From Bacteroidota bacterium (GTDB lineage Bacteria; Bacteroidota; Bacteroidia; 2-12-FULL-35-15), in contig JAQZBR010000009.1 in assembly GCA_029237775.1 (NCBI GenBank), forward strand, positions 7,708 to 71,707: DNA of 64,000 bases. Direction: 5' to 3'. The translations under genes and the position numbers were made by a program. The notes under the pieces are model-generated. The model was not told where the DNA came from, searched no databases, and saw only the letters and a program-made list of their open reading frames with translations. Positions 9,431-19,056 of this stretch are shown here, one piece after another (position 1 is the stretch's first letter; the number at the start of each line of letters is the position of its first letter).

Positions 9431-10681
9431 ATGGAAAGCATCAATTTAATTGAATCGTTCTCAGAATTCAAAGAATTAAAGAACATCGACAGGCCAACAC
9501 TAATGAGCATCATTGAAGATGTGTTCCGCAGCATGTTGCTTAAAAAATACGGTTCTGATGACAATTTCGATATCATTGTTAACCCTGACCGCGGGGAGAT
9601 AGAGATCTGGCATAACCGTGAAGTTGTGGATGATGAATTTGCTGAAGACAGCTTCGATTACGATGAAGCAAAACATATCGGTTTAACACCGGCTAAGAAA
9701 ATTGATGCAGATCTTGAGATAGGTGAAGAGATCACTACTCCTGTTAAGCTTGAAGATTTCGGAAGACGTGCAGTTCTTGCTGTTCGTCAGAATCTTGTAT
9801 CAAAGATCCTTGAACTTGAAAAAGACGGTATCTATAAAAAATACAAAGAGCGTGTTGGTGAGATCATGACAGGTGAAGTGTATCAGATCTGGAAAAAAGA
9901 ATTACTGATCCTTGATGAGGATGGAAATGAATTGCTTTTGCCTAAAACAGAGCAGATCCCTTCTGACTTCTTCAAAAAAGGTGATACTATCCGCGCTGTT
10001 GTTGCGCGTGTTGATATGAAGAACAACTCCCCTATCATTGTTCTTTCCCGTACTTCTCCTGCGTTCCTTGAGCGTTTATTCGAACTTGAGGTTCCTGAGG
10101 TTTTTGACGGATTGATCACTATCAAAAAGATCGTACGTGAGCCGGGCGAAAGAGCTAAGGTTGCAGTTGAATCTTATGACGACAGGATTGACCCGGTCGG
10201 AGCTTGTGTTGGTATGAAAGGATCGCGTATCCACGGTATCGTTCGCGAGCTTCGTAATGAGAACATTGACGTTATCAACTATACAAACAATGCTCAGCTT
10301 TTCATCACACGTGCACTCAGCCCTGCTAAAATCACTTCAGTAAAGCTGGATGATGAGAACAAACGTGCAGAAGTATTCTTAAAGCCTGATCAGGTTTCTT
10401 TAGCGATCGGTAAAGGCGGACATAACATTAAGCTTGCAGGTAAATTAACAGGTTACGAGATCGATGTTTACCGTGACACTGATGTGGATGTGGAAGATGT
10501 GGATCTTGAAGAATTTGCTGATGAGATCGAAAGCTGGATTCTTGATGAATTAAAAGCAGTTGGTTGCGACACCGCAAAATCTGTTCTTGAGCTTTCTGTT
10601 GACGAGCTTGTTAAGCGTACAGATCTGGAAGAAGAAACGGTGAAGGAAGTTAGAAATATCCTTCAGGCGGAATTTGAATAA
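9431..10681 (+). CDS. nusA: Transcription termination/antitermination factor NusA
   Basis: 416 aa. N-terminal NusA domain, S1 and KH regions (GDTIRAVV, VGACVGMKGSRI). Acidic C-terminus. Confidence 0.9.
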   Translation: MESINLIESFSEFKELKNIDRPTLMSIIEDVFRSMLLKKYGSDDNFDIIVNPDRGEIEIWHNREVVDDEFAEDSFDYDEAKHIGLTPAKKIDADLEIGEEITTPVKLEDFGRRAVLAVRQNLVSKILELEKDGIYKKYKERVGEIMTGEVYQIWKKELLILDEDGNELLLPKTEQIPSDFFKKGDTIRAVVARVDMKNNSPIIVLSRTSPAFLERLFELEVPEVFDGLITIKKIVREPGERAKVAVESYDDRIDPVGACVGMKGSRIHGIVRELRNENIDVINYTNNAQLFITRALSPAKITSVKLDDENKRAEVFLKPDQVSLAIGKGGHNIKLAGKLTGYEIDVYRDTDVDVEDVDLEEFADEIESWILDELKAVGCDTAKSVLELSVDELVKRTDLEEETVKEVRNILQAEFE

Positions 10682-10777
10682 TGAATGTTAACAGTTAAAA
10701 GGTTATTAGTTATAAGTGCTATAACCCAAGACTAATAACCGTTAACAAATAGCATTTAACGATTTTTAAAAAACAAT

Positions 10778-13660
10778 ATGACAGAAAATAAAGTACAGCG
10801 ATTAAGTAAAGTAGCTAAGGAATTCAATGTTAGTATCAGCACTATCACGGATTTCCTTAAGAGTAAAGGTCATGTGATCGAGAACAACCCAATGGCAAAG
10901 GTTACAGAGGACGTTTACGGGCTGTTACTGAAAGAATACCAGAGTGAAAAGGCTGCAAAGGAAGAGGCGAAACAGATCACTACCAGCACTAAAGCAAAGA
11001 AAGAAAGCATCACGCTTGATCCGGAAGCTAAAAAGCCGGAAGTGAAAAAAGAAGAGGAAGAGATCATTATTAAAAATGTTCAGCCTTCTGCTACTCCAAA
11101 GCCAAAAGAAAAAGCTCCGGTAAAAGCTGAGAAAAAAGAAGAAGAAAAAGAAAAGGAGACAGAGCCGGAAGAAGATAAAGAGGTGATCAAGGCTAAATCT
11201 GATTCCGATGTTAAAGTGAAAGTTGTTTCCAAAATCGACCTGGACGCGCTTAACACTAAAACCAAACCTGCTAAAAAAACCAAAGCAGACAAGGATGAGG
11301 AGAAAAAAACGAAAGCAACTGCTGCCAAAGGAAAAGGAAAAGCAAAGAAAGAGGAAGTAGAAACCCCACCTGCAGCTGAAGAAAAAGCTCCTGAAGTTGT
11401 TACGCCTGAACCTCCGGTTACTCCTGAGCCTCCAAAGGTTGATTTTTACGAAACGAAATTTGATAAGCTTGAAGGCCCTAAGATCATGGGCAAGATCGAG
11501 CTTCCCGTTAAAGAAGAACGTAAAAAGCCTGTGGCTTCCTCATCAGCTGATAAAGCTAATGATAATAAAAAGAAACGTAAACGTATCAAAAAGAGCTTCG
11601 GTGGAACAACCATCGGTGATGCTTTACAACCTAAGACCAGTGCGCCATCTACAGGCGATGCCAATAAAGACCGCGCTGCAAAATACGAAGGCCGTCAGCT
11701 TGGTACCGGTGCGTACAAAGGGAAAACGAGCAATACAGGCCGCGGCCCTAAAGTGGAACTGACTCCTGATCAGATCCAGGCGCAGATCAAAGAAACTCTT
11801 GCACGTTTAAGTGGAGGAGGAAAGTCAAAAGCTTCCAAACATCGTAAGAGCAAGCGTGACATGGTCAGCGAGCGTATGATGGAAGAAGCGGAACAAACTG
11901 AAGCAGGAAAAAAAGTAATCAAGGTTACTGAATTCGTTTCTGCAAATCAGTTGGCGCAGATGATGAACGTTCAGGTGAATGAGATTATCTCAACTTGTAT
12001 GAGCCTTGGAATGTTCGTTTCGATCAATCAGCGACTTGATGCTGAAACCATTGCTATCGTTGCTGAAGAGTTCGGATACCAACTGGAGTTTGTGAGTGTT
12101 GAAGTACAGGAGGCGATCAAAGAAGAAGAAGATACTGAAGACCAGCTAAAATCGCGCTCTCCTATCGTTACTGTAATGGGTCACGTGGATCACGGTAAAA
12201 CATCATTGCTGGATCATATCCGTAAAGCCAATGTAATTGCAGGTGAGGCCGGTGGTATCACTCAGCACATCGGTGCATACAACGTTAAATTAGAGAACGG
12301 CAAAACAATAACATTCCTGGATACTCCCGGGCACGAAGCGTTTACCGCGATGCGTGCACGTGGTGCCCAGGTAACGGATATCGCGATCATTGTGGTTGCG
12401 GCTGACGACAGCGTAATGCCTCAGACCATCGAGGCTATTAATCACGCTCAGGCAGCAGGTGTTCCGATTGTTATTGCGATAAATAAAATTGATAAGCCGG
12501 GCGCAAATCCTGATAAGATCCGCGAAGCTTTATCGCAAATGAATATCCTCGTTGAAGAATGGGGTGGAAAATATCAGTGTCAGGAGATCTCTGCGAAAAA
12601 AGGATTGAACATTGATGCTCTTCTTGAGAAAGTTTTGCTTGAAGCTGAGATGTTGAACCTTAAAGCTAATCCTGATAAAAATGCAACAGGAACTGTTATT
12701 GAATCTGAGCTTGACAAAGGCCGTGGTTACATCAGTACTATTCTTGTTGAAGCAGGAACGCTTCATGTTGGAGACACAGTTCTGGCAGGATGTTTCAGCG
12801 GTAAAGTAAAAGCATTACATAACGAGCGCGGTGCAGTTGTTAAAGAAGCAGGCCCTGCAATGCCGGTGATATTGCTGGGTTTAAGCGGTGCACCTCAGGC
12901 GGGTGATAAATTCCATGTAATGAGTGACGAGCGTGAAGCACGTGAGATAGCTGCGAAACGTTTACAGTTACAGCGTGAGCAAGGTATCCGTACTCAGAAG
13001 CACATTACACTTGATGAGATCGGTAGACGTTTGGCTATCGGTGATTTCAAGGAGTTAAATGTTATCGTGAAGGGTGACGTGGATGGGTCTGTTGAAGCAT
13101 TAGCGGATTCATTACAGAAACTTTCTACAGATAAAGTTCAGGTGAAAATCATCCATAAATCGGTTGGTGCGATCAGCGAATCGGATGTACTACTTGCATC
13201 AGCTTCTAACGCGATCATTGTCGGATTCCAGGTTCGTCCTTCTGTAAGTGCGAAGAAACTTGCAGAAACCGAACAGATCGATATCCGCTTATACTCTATT
13301 ATCTACAAAGCGATTGACGAGATCAAAGCTGCGATGGAAGGTATGCTTGCTCCTGAATTCGAAGAGAAAACAGTTTGTAATATCGAAATCCGCGAGGTGT
13401 TTAACATCACTAAAGTGGGTACAATCGCAGGATGTTTTGTTCTTGACGGAAAAGTCACACGTAACACGAAAGTACGTATCGTTCGCGATGGTATTGTTGT
13501 TCACGATGGTAAGCTTGGTTCATTAAAACGATTTAAAGACGATGTGAAAGAAGTGAACAAAGGCTTCGAGTGCGGATTGAACATTGAAGGTTTCAATGAC
13601 ATCAAAGTCGGAGACATCATCGAAGGTTATGAATTAGTTGAAGTAAAAGCGAAACTTTAA
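10778..13660 (+). CDS. infB: Translation initiation factor IF-2
   Basis: 960 aa. K/E/P-rich N-terminal extension, then G domain [29 protein letters not shown]. Typical IF-2 C-terminal domains. Confidence 0.95.
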   Translation: MTENKVQRLSKVAKEFNVSISTITDFLKSKGHVIENNPMAKVTEDVYGLLLKEYQSEKAAKEEAKQITTSTKAKKESITLDPEAKKPEVKKEEEEIIIKNVQPSATPKPKEKAPVKAEKKEEEKEKETEPEEDKEVIKAKSDSDVKVKVVSKIDLDALNTKTKPAKKTKADKDEEKKTKATAAKGKGKAKKEEVETPPAAEEKAPEVVTPEPPVTPEPPKVDFYETKFDKLEGPKIMGKIELPVKEERKKPVASSSADKANDNKKKRKRIKKSFGGTTIGDALQPKTSAPSTGDANKDRAAKYEGRQLGTGAYKGKTSNTGRGPKVELTPDQIQAQIKETLARLSGGGKSKASKHRKSKRDMVSERMMEEAEQTEAGKKVIKVTEFVSANQLAQMMNVQVNEIISTCMSLGMFVSINQRLDAETIAIVAEEFGYQLEFVSVEVQEAIKEEEDTEDQLKSRSPIVTVMGHVDHGKTSLLDHIRKANVIAGEAGGITQHIGAYNVKLENGKTITFLDTPGHEAFTAMRARGAQVTDIAIIVVAADDSVMPQTIEAINHAQAAGVPIVIAINKIDKPGANPDKIREALSQMNILVEEWGGKYQCQEISAKKGLNIDALLEKVLLEAEMLNLKANPDKNATGTVIESELDKGRGYISTILVEAGTLHVGDTVLAGCFSGKVKALHNERGAVVKEAGPAMPVILLGLSGAPQAGDKFHVMSDEREAREIAAKRLQLQREQGIRTQKHITLDEIGRRLAIGDFKELNVIVKGDVDGSVEALADSLQKLSTDKVQVKIIHKSVGAISESDVLLASASNAIIVGFQVRPSVSAKKLAETEQIDIRLYSIIYKAIDEIKAAMEGMLAPEFEEKTVCNIEIREVFNITKVGTIAGCFVLDGKVTRNTKVRIVRDGIVVHDGKLGSLKRFKDDVKEVNKGFECGLNIEGFNDIKVGDIIEGYELVEVKAKL

Positions 13661-13680
13661 TTTTAAATATGATCAACTTT

Positions 13681-13714
13681 AACGCCTTTGCAGATCGCAA
13701 GGGCGTTTTTATTT
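13681..13714 (+). terminator. Rho-independent terminator after infB (aacgcctttgc / gcaagggcgtt, one G-U pair; T5AT3)
   Basis: 11-bp stem, 5-nt loop, then tttttattt. Starts 21 nt after the infB stop. Confidence 0.6.
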
Positions 13715-13740
13715 AAGCCATTTTGTACTTTTACCCGCCA

Positions 13741-14427
13741 ATGAAACGCAGAACTAAAAACGGCATTATACTTCTTTGTATTTCCTTTGCAGGACTCCTG
13801 TTTGCACATAGCCATTTTTGTTATAACACAATTTACAGACCCACTTATTTATTTTCTAAAGCAGTCGAGCAGAAACCTTTGGATGCCATTATAGTTCCGG
13901 GAATCCCGTTTGATGGACTGAAATGGGGCTTTGTTATGAAATGGAGGGTCTTTTGGTCTGTATTTCTTTATAGAACAGGAGTGGCCAAAAACATTATTTA
14001 TTCCGGGGGCGCTGTATACACTCCTTACACTGAAAGCATGATAATGGCTTTGTATGCAGAGAAGCTTGGCATTCCCAGAGAGCATATTTTTATTGAAACG
14101 AACGCAGAGCATACCACTGAAAATCTTTATTATTCCTGGCAGCTTGCAAAGGAAAAGGGGTTTAAAAAAATTGCCTTTGCGACTGATCCCTTTCAGAGTT
14201 TGCAGATCGCTCCTTACATTCCTAAATTTGATATTGATGTAACACTACTGCCGTCTGTGATTTATTTTATGGAACACATGCCTGTTGTAACAGATCCTGA
14301 GATAGAATCATACAAGGCTTATAAACTAAATTTTGTAAGCATTCGCGAGCGCGAAACACCTGCACAACAGCTTTTTTATTCAAGAGGAGGCAGAATAAAA
14401 ATGCTTCTGGATAAAAAGCAAAAATAA
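13741..14427 (+). CDS. DUF218/YdcF-SanA-ElyC family protein. ORF track begins at a TTG at 13723; the ATG at 13741 gives a signal/TM N-terminus.
   Basis: IVPGIPFDG...YSGGAVYTPYTESMIMALYAEKLGIPREHIFIETNAEHTTENLYYS matches the DUF218 core (SGG ... E..S.NT.EN). Confidence 0.55.
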   Translation: MKRRTKNGIILLCISFAGLLFAHSHFCYNTIYRPTYLFSKAVEQKPLDAIIVPGIPFDGLKWGFVMKWRVFWSVFLYRTGVAKNIIYSGGAVYTPYTESMIMALYAEKLGIPREHIFIETNAEHTTENLYYSWQLAKEKGFKKIAFATDPFQSLQIAPYIPKFDIDVTLLPSVIYFMEHMPVVTDPEIESYKAYKLNFVSIRERETPAQQLFYSRGGRIKMLLDKKQK

Positions 14428-14430
14428 AAA

Positions 14431-14449
14431 AGCACCATCGAGTGGTGCT
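14431..14449. terminator. Bidirectional terminator hairpin (agcacca / tggtgct, loop tcgag) flanked by A-run upstream and T-run downstream
   Basis: Lies between the stops of convergent genes 13741..14427 (+) and 14454..14813 (-). A T-run follows the hairpin in both transcript orientations. Confidence 0.5.
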
Positions 14450-14453
14450 GAAA

Positions 14454-14813
14454 TTATTTTTTGGAGAGATCAGTGATCTCAGCAGGCTGGCCGGTAGTGC
14501 AGCCTTCGGGTTGAGCCATTCTCAAAGTCCTGTAATTGAATTTCACTTCAAGTCCGTCAACATCCATCTCCGAAGGGAGTTTATCCTTTGGTATCAGCGT
14601 GAGCTCCGTTTCATCCTGCATCAGAATTATCACTGTCGAACATCCGCTTGCGCGATATTTGTGGGAAACCTTACCGGAAGAAGTGGCTGTATTTGTCACA
14701 GGCGATGCTGTGTTCGATTCGGATGCAGTGGCTGAAGCCAAGGGAGCCTTTTTAGATTTGCATGACATCAGTACTGAAGAAACAAGGATAACAAGGGAAA
14801 ATATTTTTCTCAT
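14454..14813 (-). CDS. Small lipoprotein, hypothetical. ORF track start 14834; the likely start is the ATG at 14813.
   Basis: MRKIFSLVILVSSVLMSC lipobox. T/S/A-rich linker. No family recognised. A real gene is favoured over the overlapping plus-strand ORFs because of the clean lipoprotein signal. Confidence 0.45.
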   Translation of the reverse strand: MRKIFSLVILVSSVLMSCKSKKAPLASATASESNTASPVTNTATSSGKVSHKYRASGCSTVIILMQDETELTLIPKDKLPSEMDVDGLEVKFNYRTLRMAQPEGCTTGQPAEITDLSKK

Positions 14814-14828
14814 AAAAAAGGTATAAAA

Positions 14829-14872
14829 AAACACTCATGCAAAACCATTCGAAAGAATGAGCATGAGTGTTT
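14829..14872 (-). terminator. Rho-independent terminator for gene 14889..16769: 12-bp stem (aaacactcatgc / gcatgagtgttt) with nested inner hairpin cattc-gaaa-gaatg
   Basis: On the minus strand the hairpin is followed by TTTTTTTA. It begins 17 nt after the gene stop. Confidence 0.55.
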
Positions 14873-14888
14873 TATAATTTAATCTAAG

Positions 14889-16769
14889 TTATTTATTTAC
14901 AGAAACTTTAACAACACGCTGGAAGCTTGTGTTCACTTTTCCAACTCTAACAAGATACATACCTGTAGGCAGATTATCTGTTGATAAAGATGTTTCAAAG
15001 GAATTTCCTGCAAGCATTACTTGTTTACCGCTTAGCTGCTTACCTGATGCATCAAAAAGATCAACAACTACCTCGCCATCTACGTTAAGGTTGCTTGCCT
15101 TAACAGCGATCTCATTGTTTGACGTGTAAGCAGAAACATTGTTAACCTGATTACCGGCTTCATCAACACCTACTGACGTAAGTGGCAGCTGGTATGAAAA
15201 GATCCATGTTCTTGGGCCACCACTTGTGCCCGTTCCGCCAATATATTCAGACGTATGGTAAAATGTTACGCCATCAGGATCCATAGATGTATGAGAGTAA
15301 TCACCGAAACGATTTACACCGGTTTGTGAACCCGTACCAGCTTTTACAAGAGTCTCTGCAAAAGTCATTGTTCCTGCAGGGTCAGTAGCTTTTCTTCCTG
15401 TATAGCACAAGCTTGGATATCCGATATCAGTTGCAGATGTTGTTGATGCAGAACGTGCATAAGCTAAACCGATGCTTCCGTTATCATCCATCGCAATACT
15501 TCCGCACCAGCGTGTTTTTGTATCAGGCTGATAGGTGCCTTCCTGGAACAATGTCCACACTCCGGGGTTAGTTGTTAACTCTCTTAACTCTACCCACTTA
15601 ATTGCACGCTGACGAGGAGTTGCAGAAATAAGAACACCCCAGTTTAAAAGAACAGTGTTATAACCTGTCCATCTTCTGTATTGTGCACGGTATGTTGCAA
15701 CACCACCAATACCATCAAGCATAGAAGTTGTACCCGGCTGAGGAACGTCATTCCAGCTGGCGTTGTAAGTTCCGTTAAATGCTGCAGTTGTGATCTGTGC
15801 TGCAGGAGTAATGCTCAGCGTTGGATTTGGCGTAGCATTCCAGTTAACAGTTGCTTTGCAATATTTAACACCGTCAACATTACCGGACCATGAGTTGTCT
15901 GTCATCCAGAAGAAAGGACATGCAGTTCCTGCAGGTGGCAATGTTCCGTCAGCATCAGCAGCAAGCGGACACCAAAAACCTGAAGTCCCGCCAACTGTAA
16001 ACGTACTTGTTACCGAACGCGCTGTAGGTGTACCTGCAAGCATAGCAGTTCTTTCGAAAACATATAATCTTCCACCTTGGTTGGATGTCATGTAATAACC
16101 ATCCGCCCAGATAGAGAATTTTAAATAATCAGGAAACTGTGCCGAAGTGTATGTATAAGTATAATAAGTTCCGGCTGCATTGTTTGTAGTGGAAATCGCT
16201 ATATATACATAGTTTGTTGAACCGCTTTGTCCGAATTGAGCAAGGAACCAACGGTCAGCGAACTTATCATAAAGAACGATAGGATCGCCCATGTTTCCGG
16301 TTTGCGGAGACCAAAGTGTACCTATGTTTTTTGGAGCCATGATCTGAGCACCTGTTGTTTTATTGTATACTTTGAATGGAGTTGCGTTTACAGCCTGAAC
16401 ATATTGTGTAAGTCCTACAGCACCTGATGGATCCGGTGGATAACCATTACCGCTTTGTCCGGCAACAGATAATTTTAAACCATTATTTGGCACGGTTCCA
16501 AAGCTTGTCTGGATCGATGCTGGATCATTTCCGTATTCAGGACCATCCTTTTCAGTGAAATCAAAATGAGGTTTAGGGCGGTGTTCACGGTCCTTCGCCT
16601 CTTCTTTTTCATACAGATTATCCGTTTCTTCAAAATCCGGCATATCAGTTAAAGGAGGCGAGATGTGAAAGTCGATAGGATAAAGGACTTCACTCCCACT
16701 GTTTGATGTGTTCTGAGCGTTCATGATAGAAGCCGCGAAAACACCAGAAAGTAGTAAAATTTTTTTCAT
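14889..16769 (-). CDS. Secreted protein with T9SS type-A C-terminal sorting domain (Por_Secre_tail). N-terminal domain of unknown function.
   Basis: Signal peptide MKKILLLSGVFAASIMNAQ. C-terminal ~80 aa ...GNSFETSLSTDNLPTGMYLVRVGKVNTSFQRVVKVSVNK resembles T9SS CTD-A. The N-terminal ~500 aa has no family I can name. Confidence 0.6.
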   Translation of the reverse strand: MKKILLLSGVFAASIMNAQNTSNSGSEVLYPIDFHISPPLTDMPDFEETDNLYEKEEAKDREHRPKPHFDFTEKDGPEYGNDPASIQTSFGTVPNNGLKLSVAGQSGNGYPPDPSGAVGLTQYVQAVNATPFKVYNKTTGAQIMAPKNIGTLWSPQTGNMGDPIVLYDKFADRWFLAQFGQSGSTNYVYIAISTTNNAAGTYYTYTYTSAQFPDYLKFSIWADGYYMTSNQGGRLYVFERTAMLAGTPTARSVTSTFTVGGTSGFWCPLAADADGTLPPAGTACPFFWMTDNSWSGNVDGVKYCKATVNWNATPNPTLSITPAAQITTAAFNGTYNASWNDVPQPGTTSMLDGIGGVATYRAQYRRWTGYNTVLLNWGVLISATPRQRAIKWVELRELTTNPGVWTLFQEGTYQPDTKTRWCGSIAMDDNGSIGLAYARSASTTSATDIGYPSLCYTGRKATDPAGTMTFAETLVKAGTGSQTGVNRFGDYSHTSMDPDGVTFYHTSEYIGGTGTSGGPRTWIFSYQLPLTSVGVDEAGNQVNNVSAYTSNNEIAVKASNLNVDGEVVVDLFDASGKQLSGKQVMLAGNSFETSLSTDNLPTGMYLVRVGKVNTSFQRVVKVSVNK

Positions 16770-16918
16770 GGGGGATTAATTTTTAATAATACTTAATAAA
16801 GTTTAGAGAAATAATTTTCGCTAATTTAAGATTACGAAATGAATTTTCCAAGTAAAAGGTTGTAATTCTGGAAAAAGGAGGCGCAAGACATAATAGGTAA
16901 GGCGCGGACAAAAATTAA

Positions 16919-17335
16919 TTAATCGATCCTCGGCAATTCAATTTCATCGATCACAATGAATGCGGCCGAAAACTCAGCCTGTACTTCCTTAAGGTATTTA
17001 TAGGCTTCGAGTTTTGTCCGATAGTCTCCTACCTTAATAGTAAAGTTAGGCTGATCGTAAACGGGCCCATAGGCAGGGATCTCAGGAAATTTGGAGATGA
17101 ACTTCGCTTTTATTTCACTCGCTTTGGTTTTATCCGCACCGAAGTGAATCTTGATCCTGTAGCCTTTTAATTTAGCTTTTGAATTGATTTCAACATGCTT
17201 CGCCACAAGCTCCTTTATTTTATAATCCTGAACGATCTCAACATGTCCGGTATCCGAAGCACTGGATTGAGCTCCGGCAGACAAAAACAAAAAGAAGAAA
17301 CTAAGTATTAGTAAGATTGATCTGATATTACACAT
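16919..17335 (-). CDS. SPOR-domain (peptidoglycan-binding) protein. ORF track start 17422; the likely start is the ATG at 17335, giving a signal peptide.
   Basis: C-terminal ...GYRIKIHFGADKTKASEIKAKFISKFPEIPAYGPVYDQPNFTIKVGDYRTKLEAYKYLKEVQAEF is a typical SPOR repeat. Confidence 0.6.
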   Translation of the reverse strand: MCNIRSILLILSFFFLFLSAGAQSSASDTGHVEIVQDYKIKELVAKHVEINSKAKLKGYRIKIHFGADKTKASEIKAKFISKFPEIPAYGPVYDQPNFTIKVGDYRTKLEAYKYLKEVQAEFSAAFIVIDEIELPRID

Positions 17336-17569
17336 AAATTGCTGTTCTGCTGCAAAGTTATTTAAAAACATTTCCGAGCCAAGTATCATGCCCTTAATTT
17401 TAAAAGAGAATAGAAGTGTCATAATAGTGTAATTCGATTAAATATTTTTTTCAGAAGACGAATTACCGCTTTTCAATGCATTGAATTCCTATTTATTTTT
17501 CAAGGGAATCAAGCCTTATTTAGAATGAGTATAAATTAAATGAATTTTATAAAATTTTAACTTTTTTTG

Positions 17570-17599
17570 AATCAGCAATTACTCTTTCTTATAAATTTG
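17570..17599 (+). promoter_or_regulatory. Candidate promoter of the ACIII-cox operon: TTTG (~17570) and TAAATTTG (17592-17599), spacing about 19 nt
   Basis: Matches the Bacteroidetes sigmaA -33 TTTG / -7 TAnnTTTG architecture. About 70 nt upstream of actA. The leader contains a nested stem (gcccc...ggggc enclosing gagta-aaag-tactc). Confidence 0.35.
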
Positions 17600-17667
17600 C
17601 CCCTCGAGTAAAAGTACTCTCCTGAAAAACGGGGCTATACAACAGAGCTAAATACTTAAAAATCAAT

Positions 17668-18942
17668 ATGGATACATTGTTTAAAAAGTCGAAAAAACAA
17701 ATTTTCGCTATTTTTTCCTTCCTTTTTTTATCCCTAATTCTTAGTACAAACACATTCGCAGCAGACGGAGAAAAGATCTTCAAACAAAATTGCGCTGTTT
17801 GTCATACACTTGGTAAGAACAAACTTACCGGACCGGGACTTGAAGGTATCATGACCCGTGTACCTAGTGAAAAATGGCTTTTTGACTGGATCAAGAATAA
17901 CAAAGCGATGATCGCTGCGGGTGATGCATATGCTGTTAAAGTATTCAACGATAATAACAAGGCAGACATGACAGTGTTTGCTTCTACATTAAGCGATGAG
18001 GAAATTCAGGCTACTATTGATTATATTAAAGCTCCTCCTGCTCCAACAACACCTGCAGGTCCTGTTGCCCAAACTTCTGGCGAAGCGGCTCCTCAGGAAG
18101 AAGGAATCAACCCTCTTGCAGTTTTACTTGGTGTTATCGCTTTCTTAATTATCATCATAGCAGTATTAAGGGGTGTTCGTCATTCCCTTACTAACTTACA
18201 GAATGAAAAAATGGGCCTTCCTGAAGAGGAAGCTGTTGGTCCATGGACAGAATTAAAGAACTGGATCTACACACATAAGCGCACTACTACTGTTATCATA
18301 CTTATTATCACCGGGGGATTGCTAACTTCAGGATGGTATGCTTTAAAAGGTATTGGAGTTTATGCTGATCCTGAAACCAAAGCAGTTTATCACCCTGACC
18401 AGCCTATTCAATTTTCTCATAAGATCCATGCTGGCGACAATGCGATTAATTGTCAGTATTGCCACTCAGGTGTAGAAAAAAGTAAAACTGCGGGTATTCC
18501 TTCAGTGAATGTGTGTATGAACTGTCATAAAGGAATTTCTTCCGGAGCTACAACAGGTACAAAAGAGATCGCTAAGATCTATGAAGCGGCTGGATGGGAT
18601 GTTGAAAAAGGAGAATACAACAAACCGCAAAAACCTATTAAATGGATCAAAGTACATAACCTTCAGGATTTCGTATTCTTCTCTCACCAGCAACACGTAA
18701 CTGTTGGTAAGCAGGATTGTGCAAACTGTCATGGAGATGTTAAAGAGATGACAACTGTTAAGCAGGTTAGTCCTTTAACTATGGGTTGGTGTATCGACTG
18801 TCACAGAAAGACAGAAGTACCGGGAATGAAAGACAATCCATATTACGAAAGCCTTCACAAGCGTCTCGCTGAGAAATACAAAGGTGAGCCTATCACAGTT
18901 GATAAAATGGGCGGAATTGATTGCGTAAGATGTCACTACTAA
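17668..18942 (+). CDS. actA: Alternative complex III subunit ActA: multiheme cytochrome c with six CxxCH motifs (extra N-terminal mono-heme domain plus pentaheme core)
   Basis: CAVCH, CQYCH, CMNCH, CANCH, CIDCH, CVRCH. Signal peptide and two TM helices. Followed by actBCDEF. Confidence 0.85.
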   Translation: MDTLFKKSKKQIFAIFSFLFLSLILSTNTFAADGEKIFKQNCAVCHTLGKNKLTGPGLEGIMTRVPSEKWLFDWIKNNKAMIAAGDAYAVKVFNDNNKADMTVFASTLSDEEIQATIDYIKAPPAPTTPAGPVAQTSGEAAPQEEGINPLAVLLGVIAFLIIIIAVLRGVRHSLTNLQNEKMGLPEEEAVGPWTELKNWIYTHKRTTTVIILIITGGLLTSGWYALKGIGVYADPETKAVYHPDQPIQFSHKIHAGDNAINCQYCHSGVEKSKTAGIPSVNVCMNCHKGISSGATTGTKEIAKIYEAAGWDVEKGEYNKPQKPIKWIKVHNLQDFVFFSHQQHVTVGKQDCANCHGDVKEMTTVKQVSPLTMGWCIDCHRKTEVPGMKDNPYYESLHKRLAEKYKGEPITVDKMGGIDCVRCHY

Positions 18943-19056
18943 AGAATTGAAAATTATAAATATAGATTATAAATTTTTAATTACAGAACTAAAAAAAGAA
19001 TTGAACGCTGAATCACATTTATAATTCATAATTCAGCATTTATAATTAAAATAGAT

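Noticed and set aside
14442-14826. Plus-strand ORFs 14442-14735 and 14536-14826 versus the minus-strand lipoprotein ORF
   Set aside because: The minus-strand frame encodes a canonical lipoprotein signal with lipobox (LMSC). The plus-strand frames have no recognisable features, so I kept only the minus-strand call.
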